Assembly: GCA_011109175.1 (NCBI GenBank)
Contig: RDEW01000058.1
Span: forward strand, 212,978-276,977
Direction: 5' to 3'
DNA length: 64,000 bases
Origin: Dicyema japonicum
Taxonomy: Eukaryota > Animalia > Dicyemida
Of this stretch, positions 51,164 to 62,420 are shown one piece after another. The notes below the pieces were generated by a model that was given only the letters and a program-made list of their open reading frames with translations, did not search any database and was not told the DNA's origin. The position numbers and the translations under genes are program-made. Position 1 is the first letter of the stretch; each line of letters opens with the position of its first letter.

Positions 51164-51671
51164 CAGTTTATTTTGAGAATAAAAAAGTCGTGATGATTAA
51201 TTGCTGGAAAGGAAACCACTACTTATTGTCGAACAGCACCTTCGTAAGAGTCGTGATACTTATAGCTCTGCATTTGGAGGATATACGTGTTATTTTAAGA
51301 GAAAAAAATTATTCCAAGTACTCGTCGGTAGGGCCCAATGAGTGTTCTCAATTTCTTGCTAGTGAATCCTCATAGACAATCCAGATCCGTAGTGAGGTAT
51401 CACTAATGAAAGTAAAGCCAAAAAATATATTTAAAAAAATAATGTGGGTAATTCTTATGTTTAAATGACGTCAGTGTTATTTTTGAAAATAAATCAAAAA
51501 TAATGTAAATCCAGAAATGATTTGCTCATGAAAATAGTTTCGCAAAATTCAAAAAACAAAAAGTTTTTATTTTAGCAAATTAGTTTAAATCGATTTAAGT
51601 ATTCCGAATAATCCGAAGTTTCCTCCAAAAGTGTTAGATCCAAAGTAATCTAAAGACTGTCATCAACAATA

Positions 51672-53043
51672 TTATTGGCGACATTTTGTTGAGATGACTA
51701 GACCTAGGAGTGACCTCTGTCCAATCCTTTGCTTTAGTAAAATCAAATATACAATCTGTGGATAAATTCCTAGCTGATCGTGCAACATTCCAGTTATGGG
51801 GTAAGGACCCATGTTACAATCTCCTCTAAAGTCGTCCATATCAAGACTTTCCACGTACACTCCAGCCAAACCTTTCTCGTAAATATATCCAGCCTGAAGT
51901 TAACAACCATCAAACTTTTTGCGCAAGACTATACTCATTCTCGATGCCAATATAATAACTTCCACCAAAAGCGAATGTACTTTGCAATTCAGGGTCAGAC
52001 TGTTCACTGTATGGAGTCTTACAATACTAAGACATGAATATGACCGAACTGAGTAATATGGAGTCTTAAAATACATAGGAGCCTTTGGATAATCGTAAAC
52101 GACCCCATTATACGGATACTCGGAGGAACACTTTTTCATTAAGGCATATGTTAGAATAGCCATGACAAGCTTTTTGGGTTGAATGTCGTTATTAATCAGG
52201 AAAGTCATGGTGTCGTTCTAAAATTAGGTGATATTTACTATGGAGTTATCAGGAAGATCTTTAAAGTATAGCGGAAATGGGTGATTAACTGAACCGTTAT
52301 ATTTGCTATATTTATAATTTTCAACGAGGACGTAGTCAGAAAGTCTATTGGTGACACTAAGGTATTTTACCTGTTAACTTGTGGATGTTCGTATTTTTGA
52401 TAAATAGAAATTGTCGTGAATAACAAATATTTGTTGTATCCCCTAAGAGCAGCATTTAAATTCTAAATATTATAAAGTTGAACTTTGAGTAACAACGTGT
52501 GTCTTTGTGGAGTTGAGGGATTTTGCCAGTAAATATTATATCCATCGAAATCATATTTTGCGAGAAACATGAGAACATTCCTGGCGAAATCTCTTGCTTT
52601 TTGATTACTATCCGTTGCTTTTTCAAAAGCAGGGTCATATTCTTCACCGTCAAACAAATTCACTGATGTTAAAATGACTTTTAAATCTGGGTTTACTAAT
52701 CTTAGTCTTTGTATTTGATTGTAATTATCAAAGCCACCTAAAATACAAGTTAAAATTATTACCATGCAAATCATGGGTTGATGAGGCATTAAGATGGAGT
52801 GATTGTAAGTCAATTTTGGCACTGTAGTATAGTATATGTGTGCACAAATACGGATACATAAACTTTTGCTCCGTGCTTGAATAACTGTTAGCGCCATCAT
52901 TTTTAAAAACGCACATGAGAACTTTATCTAAAAATTGAGTTAATTCCATATATACTGGTTGAGTAATCATAACTTGACACTAACCTCTATTTTAATTATA
53001 AACAATTTATTACATTTAATAAAAACAGAAGAGAGATTAACAT
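51672..53043 (-). CDS. Secreted GH18 chitinase-like protein, copy 2 (apparently intact, non-catalytic)
   Basis: Spliced frame MLISLLFLLN-RLVSS...KVLMCVF...YLCTHILY...FDGYNIYWQNP...GLAGVYVESLDMDDFRGDC..GPYPI; eight or more 21-28-nt GT-AG introns. Confidence 0.88.
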
Positions 53044-53274
53044 TATTGGTTTTTAATCATTTTAAAAATTACTTATTTTATTTCGATAATGGTTAGCCAT
53101 GCATTAAGATTTAAAAATTGAAAAATAATTTAATTAAAACATTTTATCTAAAATTTCAATTTTAGTACTTTTTTTAATTTATTAAATATTCTAGTAATTT
53201 TAATATTTTTACTTTATTTATCTATTAGCAATATTTTATGGACAGAGGCTTGGTTCCAAGGTACTCATTATTTC

Positions 53275-53530
53275 TAGTAATGACGTGGGAAGGAATTGCA
53301 ACAAAGTACCAAAAAGGTTATCTGAAGCAGTTAGGGTAGACCAGAAGCTCCAGGCCTATCTATACTCCACTGTATTAAAGCGGACCCTAGAGAGCCTGAC
53401 ATTGGAGTGTAGGAAGCAGAGCCTGGAGATGCCATATTGGCAAAGGGTTCAATTAGACAAGGTGCTCTCGGAGTTGTTTCAGCAATGTTGATTATTAAAT
53501 ATTAACTTTTTATTGTTGGTTAAATAAAAA
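53275..53530 (+). mobile_element. R4/Dong-like LINE 3' end
   Basis: Close match to 47430-47720; QAYLYSTVLKRTLESL. Confidence 0.8.
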
Positions 53531-54864
53531 GGGTTATATTAGCAATATTTTATAATTCCTCACTCAATATCAGTAATGAAATCTTATAGGATTTAATCCA
53601 CGTCATACATTACTAATCTTTCATATTTATCTGTTATTTTTAGTCCTCATCATACTTTTTAATTTTTCATATATTATCCATCCAATTTAGACATACAATT
53701 CGATAACGAATGGACAGTTTATTTTTCTTATCTTAAATTCTATCGGTATTTAGAAAAAAAATCTTAAATGAGAATTGAACCTAAAGAATATACAAATTTA
53801 GGTGTTTTTCCTAGCATTCATTATTCACTCTAAATGAGGGGATTTGCTAAGTATGAAATCAGTTATATTTTGTAAATTGAGCTTACCCCACCTGTGACAT
53901 GATCCCCATAACTATTGCTACGACTATGTCTTTAATAAAAATGTTATGTTATGTTTACCCTACCTGTCTTAGACAAATCTGTGAGACGAAATCCATCCTC
54001 CAATAGTCCATTAGAAGCTTACGCTTAAGAAGAGAAGTGAAAATGTATGTTCGCCTTCTTCCACTTTACTTGTACGTCTTACCGTCGCGACATCATTTCA
54101 TTCTCAGTCAGAAGAGTTTTAATAATGGAAATCTCCACCAGTGAATTTGGCGAGGAGATGGTAGGAAGATCCTTTTAGACAACTGTGTCGTTCCAGAAAG
54201 ACTCGTTGCCTCACGGTTGGTATCTGGTGGTACGCTTAAAAGTCCATCTTTCGGATTCTAAGAACGATTCTCAGATCCGATGTTATCAAAGGTTCAGCCA
54301 AAAAGACCAATATTTTTTTTATATTTTCTAGTATTCGTTGAACAGTAAAAGTTCATAAGACATGTATTAGTGTGTTGGAGATCATCTTCAGTTCCCTTAG
54401 GATGACAGATAAAGTGTAGAAAATTTATGGCAAAAACTACTTGATGGAATTAATGAGTTTTACTTACATTTATTTAAAACTGATAAGTTTTTACTTTGAT
54501 TAACGTAAACGATATTCGGGAACAGAAATACACACTTATAGAAAAATTTATATAATCAGCAACTTTGCGGCAGTCACGATTTATATAGAAGACGCAGTTT
54601 ATTTTTTGTTAAAGAACAGTTATGTTAACTTATCTTTGAAAAAGAACATTTCTAACTTCTTTTTGTTTGCCAGTGAGTCTCTGTAGCGAATCCGGTTTCG
54701 CAGTGGAATATCACTACTTACGTCGTCATCTTTGGATATCTTGAGAAAGAAATCAGCGTCAATTATGTCGACGGGGATAAAATCTAAATAAATTATAAAC
54801 TAAATATTAATCGACCAATTAATTTGTAAGTCATTATAATAATAGAATAATATTCAATTTAAGA

Positions 54865-55215
54865 GCCGCGTGGCGCCATGTGGTGCTTCGTGGTTAATTG
54901 GTTTAATTTTTCTGCTTGCTTGTCTGTTCCTCCTCTCTCTTCCTAATAGAGTGGCGTCATGTGATCCACCTGTCTAGGTGACGCCCAGTGCCAGGCCGGC
55001 ACGAAAAAGGATCATTTGCTCTCCCCCACTCCACTGGAGGGGTTTCCACAACTGCATGTAATGGACGTCTTACCCTTTATGTTGATTCCGGATGGACTCT
55101 GTTTCTGTAGAAGTGGAAACTGGATACACTTAATTAGTTGGTTACTTTAACTTCTTTCTCGGTGTATTCGGGGTTAATAAATAATAATAATAATAATAAA
55201 ATAATAATAATAATT
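54865..55215 (+). repeat. Non-coding dispersed repeat (SINE-like) with (AAT)n tail and a candidate HDV-like ribozyme core
   Basis: Copies at 43463, 3175, 2490 and 25750; tail ataataataat; pairings listed in findings. Confidence 0.85.
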
Positions 55216-55229
55216 GAATAATATAATAA

Positions 55230-55600
55230 TATTCCAATCCTAATGAATATTAATGCTTTCTTTTATATCTTATTATGAAAGCGATAACAACGATAAAGAC
55301 AAATCCGCAAATTCCACATATCGTCTTTAATTTCGTATTCATACGAGTTGTTCATTTGAATCTAAGATTTCTTTCAAAATCACATCCAGGAGCTAAATAT
55401 TGGTTTTATAAGTTACCATTTCCAGTAAATATTATGTTATTATCTGTTTTAAATAGCTGCATTTTATATATTACATTTTTATAGTTCCATAATTAGGAAT
55501 AGCCACTACTATTTCACTGCAGTTATAATGACCGTTAGTCGAAATTTTCGAACCTGGAGTAAACATGATGGAATATAAATAGAACGTGGAATCAATTTGT
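55230..55600 (-). pseudogene. Paralog of the single-pass membrane gene at 59.3-60.2 kb (partial)
   Basis: 55410-55550 aligns with 59615-59760; C-terminal TICGICGFVFIVVIAFIIRYKKK; stop codon in the ectodomain frame. Confidence 0.55.
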
Positions 55601-55879
55601 CCTGGACGAACAAAAAAAATCCACGACATTCAGTCCTTAACAGCCAGTACTATTAGTAATTTCGGGACACTAGAAAAACTAATCACTTGAAGAACTTATC
55701 CGACAAAATGGAAAGGGATTTACTACCTTGTGCAGGCAGTGCAACTTAATTATTGGTGTTCTTGAATTAATAATGATAAAGTAACGTTCGTACAAGAATG
55801 GGAAATATCACAATTGCGACATGTACATTCCCCCTCTCCTTCTCTCTACTGGATAACTTCATAATCTTTATGAACACAA

Positions 55880-57360
55880 GAAAACCCTATAGAGCTTATG
55901 ACAAGACGACTTTACCTGATTTGACCCTTGCCACCGTAACATTGCTTCTATTGCCAACAGGTCGGTGATTTATGACTTCAGGAGTGACCACAATCCTATT
56001 TTTATTCGAATGAAGGGCACGCTCATCTCGTAAAGAAGATGAAACACTCATGGATTACAGAAACGTTATTTGGAAGTTTTGATCAATATGTGGACATGAA
56101 TTTAGCCGATTTCGACGCAGTACGTTTCAACTCTCTCGATCAAGATGTCGTCATGTTCAAATATCGTTTTCACCAATGGAGGTCGAAAATGCTATTAAAT
56201 CCCAAAAACTAACCGACTTAAGCGGACCAGATATAATTTCTATCATTGTTATTAAAAAGCTTGGACTCAGGGCACTCACAGCATTAACACAGATATACAG
56301 CATATCCATAACTAGAAACACAATTCCAACAGTTGTAAGTTGGCCTACCAGTTCATCACCCAATCCACCCAGTTCAGAAATCTGGAAAACCAAAAAAGTC
56401 CCCTTCTTATTATCGACCAATATCCCTATTATGCGCATTGTCAAAAAATCTTGAAAAAAATGATTTCGGGCCGCATCCTCCCATATTTACCTAAGGAATC
56501 CGTCCAGCACGGATTTAAGACAAGTTCGCTGTTGAAACTCTCACAAATTTTATTATGGCGGGATTTGAGTCAAAGCCCAGGAGCCTCAAAACTTTATTGT
56601 GCTCGGTTAACATCCATAGGGCTTAACGAAAAAGATCTACTGCTCAGAAACCCCCAGCAATTTCAAAAGATGGCTCGGAAAGTTTCTCAGTGGTAAAGTG
56701 GAAAAATTTCAACAAAATCCTTCCAATCGGTCTCAAATTTCTTCCTAACGGGGTGCGACAGGGTTCCCCTTGTCACCGTAGCTTTTTAACTTATTATTGA
56801 TGATATTCCAATTGACCAAAACAAAAATTCCATAACCCTTTGTATGCGATAATATATGCCTGCAAGGTTATATGTGTTACGACATCTACCAACAAATTAC
56901 AAACTACTCTGGAAAGACTCCATGAATGTTAAAAAGAATTCAATTTCAAAGTCCACAGAAACACGTGTCAAACGAAATCAGTGCTTCGGCACGAAAGCTT
57001 AACTTTGTGAAGGTGCTCGTTTCAAAATTTAAAAATTCCTCAAACTGGTATATAAACTTTATACACTCAATTCATCGAGCCAACAATAAGTTATGGATGT
57101 GTGCACCTTGGAGAACAAAACTTGCCATAACGAACATGGATATGATCAACTCCGCCGAATCCAATATGACTAATACAATGTCTCGAATTACAGGACTACC
57201 AAAAGGGCAACCCCTTTGAGGTCCTTGCGAGGAATTTCGGTTGCTATATTCACCCAAAATGGAAAATCGCCAGAAGAACGGTGTTGTCGAAAATATGTCG
57301 GTTCTCGAGAGCATCACCGAGAAAAGATGAGAATATTGTTGAGAGAAGCCGGGATCACCT
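55880..57360 (+). mobile_element. Jockey/I-like LINE (APE end + RT), decayed
   Basis: SDHNPI, SGPDIISIIVIKKL, QHGFK and GVRQGSP. Confidence 0.8.
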
Positions 57361-58269
57361 GATGGCTTTTTTTTAATTAGTTTACCTTGTAATTTTTGGC
57401 TTATTTATAAAAATAAAGTAACGTCAATATAAATGAGCTTTTTTGATTCACATGTTGGTGTCAGTTTGTTGTGTTTGTCATACAAAAACTAGTAAAGAAC
57501 AAAGAAATTCAGTGCTGGATTTTGTAAGATGCGCCTATGGAGAAATTGACGAGTTCTGATGTCGATAATTTGTATTTATGACGATTCCAAGTTGGAGAGT
57601 ATATCCCAATCTTGAAAATAAGGATTTTTAGATCGAACGGAGTATGAATGAGATTCCATGTTTTTTGTGTTGACTTAGAAAGATTGATAGCTGAATAGTT
57701 TACGAACTTGATAATACAATTAGAAGACAACATTCACTATATTTCTCAACTCTTTGATACCTCACTGCGAACGGCGTCACTCGATAAACAAGAAGCATCG
57801 TAGATGTGTGGAACTTTAGTCATAATGTATAAAAATAAACTATCTTGATTTTTCTGGCATTCATGATGCTGTGCCATTAAATAATTTCTGACTAGTAGAA
57901 AATATTTTTAATATCTTGGCAAATGTCTTTAGTGGCTTGTGGATTATCTGTCGGATAGTTGATATATGCCAAGTCAAGAGATTTGGACGTCAGGGTACAC
58001 TCATAGGCTATGACGTCTCCAAAACCCATAACCTCGTTCAGTTGATCCCCTTGGGTTCTTGAGAAGATCTCCTGCTCAATTATGTGGACGGGGATCATAA
58101 CCTAATAAATTATAACTAAAATTTAATCAACCAATGAATTTGTTAATTTATCATTAGGGCAACGAAAGTCAATAAAGTCAACTTAAGTGTTCGTTTAATT
58201 TGATTGTAAAAATGATAAAGAAAATTTATTTAAAAAAAGTGTGAGCTCTCGCCCATATCACATTTCCTA

Positions 58270-58870
58270 GCTCTGTCTCCTATACTCCAATGTCAGGCTT
58301 TCTAGGGTCGCTTTTAAACAGAGGATGTAGATAGACCTGGAGCTTTTGATATACTAACTATTTTAGATAATCCTTGTTATACTTTGTTGCAATTCCTTCC
58401 CACGTCAATACGATTGGAATAACGAGGACCTTGCAACCAAGCATTCGTTTACCAGCCTTCATAGTTTTTTTCTTCAACTAACAGTCTGCAAAAGGGCATG
58501 AGGTGAAATGTAACTTCTAGATATGGACTTGATTAAACTCCCTATTGTGAACCAGAATGTCCGGTTTATTGTATTTGACTAGCACTGAAATTCGGATAAC
58601 ACTGTTTACATTGATTTGGCCCCTCGTATTCTCAATTACAGATTGTACTTTATGAGTGCACAACTTTCTGGGGTGACGAATACCATACTTATTACATGGT
58701 ATAAGATGAAGATTTTACTACTTTTTTATACTCCCACACATAGTGTGGTAGAGAATGGATCCGACAGATTGGCTAAATGATCATCCGACATGCTCCTTGG
58801 TTATAATGGGACATTTATTTGTTGTTCGACCACAAAAATATTGCCGTCTTGCAAATACGATCGAGGTGAT
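58270..58870 (-). mobile_element. R4/Dong-like LINE CCHC + RLE region
   Basis: HLA...CNKYGIR...KYNKPDILVH...PIVLTWEGIATK. Confidence 0.8.
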
Positions 58871-59335
58871 CATTCATTGTTAATGGAATGCCAGTCAATT
58901 GAAGTGGTGAGGTCATTTCGATTCTTCACAAAATTTTAACGATAGAAATTTCCTATCAAAAATGTTAAAAATTAATAAATTTTGTGTTTTAAAAAATAAA
59001 ATTTAAATTAGTATTACATTTTAAGATCAACCTATATTACTCAACCAACCATTTTACTTCAAAACCTACTACGATTGGGAAAGGGTTGCCGTCGGCAGAT
59101 GATCTTGAGCACCTGAGAGACCTATCGAGGAACAGAGGGAACTGGAAGCGATTAACAAAACGCATCCAAGAGATGGTGGCACAATCGAGATAACTTAACA
59201 AACGTTGTTTTGCGATGTGCTTATTAATTAACAATAACATACTTCTTAGGTGACATTTAATTTTTAGGGCGATTTAATTGAATTTTTTTATTTTAAGTTA
59301 CCCTAGTTATTACTATGACTTTAAAAAAAATAATA

Positions 59336-60180
59336 TTAATAATTAAATATGCCAATCTGTAATGGATAAAAACGTCTTCTTTTTTTATATTTTAAGTAAA
59401 TGACAACGGAGACCACAACAATTCCGACAATTACACAAACTAGTAGTGGATATTTGATTTCTAATTTTAACTCAATTTTACTGAACTGATCAGACTTTAT
59501 TGTACTTCTTATATAATTTTGAGTTTTTGCTGTCTTTAATTTTTTCTTCATGCGTGTTGTAGGTTTGAGTATGTAATTTGTCTCAAAATCACACCCGAGA
59601 TCTAAATATTAATTATTGCAAAAAACCATTTCCAGTAAATATTGTACTATTATCTGTTTTCGATAGTTGCATTTTCACGTGCTTCATTTTTATAATTCCA
59701 TCATTAGGAATAGTTATAAATTTTTCACTGCAGTTATAATAACAGTTAGTCGAAATTCTCGGAGAATATTTAAACACAGCTGTATCATTAGAACTCAATT
59801 TTAATCCAAAACTAAAATATAACGTAACGTCTGATGGACTGGAAAATACTATTATGAATTCTATATCATTTTTCTTTAATTTAAGCTCATGGTAAGAATA
59901 TTTAGGAAAACTAAAATATAAAACTGCGTCATTTAAATTTTCATATTTCGTCTTTTTATTAAATATAATGTGATTACAATATTATTAATTTTATATTCAA
60001 CTTCAATTATTCCAACAAATAACGATACAACTCGACCGTCCACTGATCCGCCCCACAATGGTATATTATTATTCCACATTTTAAAAGTCTTAATATTCTC
60101 CTTCATTGATTTATTGATTATTAAACACAAATAAATTCCTGTTATTAATTTATTTTGTAAACCTAGCAATTGGAACATTC
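59336..60180 (-). CDS. Single-pass membrane glycoprotein, possibly LAMP-like
   Basis: CYYNCSEKFITI...KMQLSKTDNSTIFTGN|DLGCDFE (25-nt intron); TM segment LLVCVIVGIVVVSVVIYL; tail KYKKRRRFYPLQI; 5' structure uncertain. Confidence 0.5.
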
Positions 60181-60337
60181 TCACAACAATCGTTCTAATT
60201 AAATTCAAAATTTTTTTATTTAAATATAATGTAAACTAAAATTTTAAATAAAATAAAGAATTAATTTTTTATATTTTTATTGCCATAAAATCCTATTTAA
60301 TGTATAGATTCCAGGAAAAAAACTTAAAACGTGGGTC

Positions 60338-62420
60338 ATGCGGTTCACATGTTGTTGCGGTGGCGCTCAGTTTAAGTTCTGCATGGGAGAGAACCGTTCG
60401 ACTTTCCATACCTTTTTGCGATCTTCAGAAGGAAGGATTACCAACTTCCCCGTTTTCTCTCTACTTCTGTCTGGTGATGTAGAACCGAATCCGAGACCCA
60501 ACTGCACGTTGAGTATTCTACAACTAATGTAAATAGAATCCGCAATAAAGTATTGGAATTACGATCCCTATTATCCCATTTGAGAGTGGACATTGCCTCA
60601 TCCAAGAATCGAAGCTCTCTATTAAGTCCCCAACACCTTGTTTACCTGGATATTGTGTACTTCGCAGGGACCGAACAAAAAGTCTCGGAGGAGGATTATT
60701 GATTATCGTTAAGGATGGACTTAAATTCAGGATTCACTCCTTCTGTATCTTTTTCTGCGAAGGATCTTATTCTGGAACAGATTTCTATTGAAGTTCCTTT
60801 TCTTCGACGAGATGTTTTACACTATGTAATGTCTATATCCCGCCTCAGGGGTCATGTACTACTTCCTACATCCCCATCTATTGAGCCTGTGTGGACTAAA
60901 CGATCTGATACTATGCGGAGACCTAAACGCGAAACATCCACTCTGGCTCCGGACTCAATCAGCCGACAGTCGCGGCGAATACATCCTTTTCCTGCTCAAT
61001 GATCTGACTATCCTAATGATCCGGACACCCACACAAGGATTCCGTCCCGCAGAAGGGACAGTCAACATCTTCGGACCTGTCCTTCTGCTCTCCCTCTATG
61101 GCTGGATGTATTTCATGGAATGTTCGTTATGGTTTCTCAAGCGACCATAACCCCATTGTGTTGAGACTTAGAAGGTCTATTTGTTCACTGTGTTGTTCTA
61201 CAAAGTTCAAAAATTACTTGAAAGCCAACTGGCAAAGTTTCAGGACGTATGTGGAAATAGTCTCCTTGACCATACTATGGTTAATTGTACAGTAGAGAAT
61301 ACGGCGAAGATTCTGTACGCTATCATTCTGAAAGCTAATGAACTATTTATACCTGTCGCCTCTTATAAGAAGTTCAATCCAAGATTATCATCAGAAATTG
61401 TGTCACTTATCAAGAAACGAGATGCGCTGAAGAGGAATAGACACAGACCAATAACTCCTCTACTCCATACGTTCACTGAATACCAAATTATCTGAGCTTA
61501 TCCGAACTAAGAACAGACTCAAATGGAGCCGCCTAGTTGGACGACTATGTCAAAAAATCTTGTTCCACATTTTGGAAAACGCTAAGAAGGATCAATAGTC
61601 TCATCAATGAGGAGGACCGCGGAACTGAGGCCGTTACCCGTAACGCTTCGGAACTTGCACGCAAACTCGCAAACAAGATTATGCAGTAATACGTATCGAT
61701 CAGCCATAAATTTTTCTCGTTCTACACTCGTTGAACAACGCCGGCCACAACAAGAACTGTATACCACCTTCTTCTCTCTCGATGATGTTGACAAGGCTAT
61801 TACATTGCTACGTCCCACTTGTGCTTGTGGTCCCGATGGGATTTGCACTATTCACCTCAAACACCTTGACCTCAGGCATGGACCATACTATCAAGACTGT
61901 ACAACGACTCTATCAACTACCATTCGCTACCTAATATATGGAAAAACTCTCTGATTACGCCAATCCTAAAGCCAGAGAACAAAAAAGACGTTCCCTTCTT
62001 ACCGCCCATCTCAATAACTTGTATTTTATCAAAAGTACTGGAAAAGCTTGTGCTCATGCGCATCTCTCTTCTACATTACCAGAGTTTAACAGGGTTTCAG
62101 GGCAGACCGTTTTACAACGACTCATTTGGGTTCTATCTCTCAGTTTATTACTGACGGCTTCAACGTGAGAACACACTTTCGGACGGTCTTAGTATCCATC
62201 GACATACAGAAGGCCTTTGATTCTGCTCCGAAGAAACTGCTAACGCAAAAGATTTTTAACTCGAACTTACAGCCAAACATCAAGCTATGGCAGGAAAACT
62301 TCTTAACTGGACGACATGGAAAGGTCCGGATCGACAAAACCACTTCAAAGAAGGAAGAGAAGACGCTTCCAGAGTGCGGTTGGATCATCAGAAGACCAAT
62401 TGAGAAGAGTTCGGATGTTA
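60338..62420 (+). mobile_element. Jockey/I-like LINE with a 2A-like motif ahead of APE; RT truncated
   Basis: LLLSGDVEPNPRP, LSILQL, YIPPQ, LCGDLNAKHPLW, SDHNP, CGPDGI and SIDIQKAFD. Confidence 0.88.
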
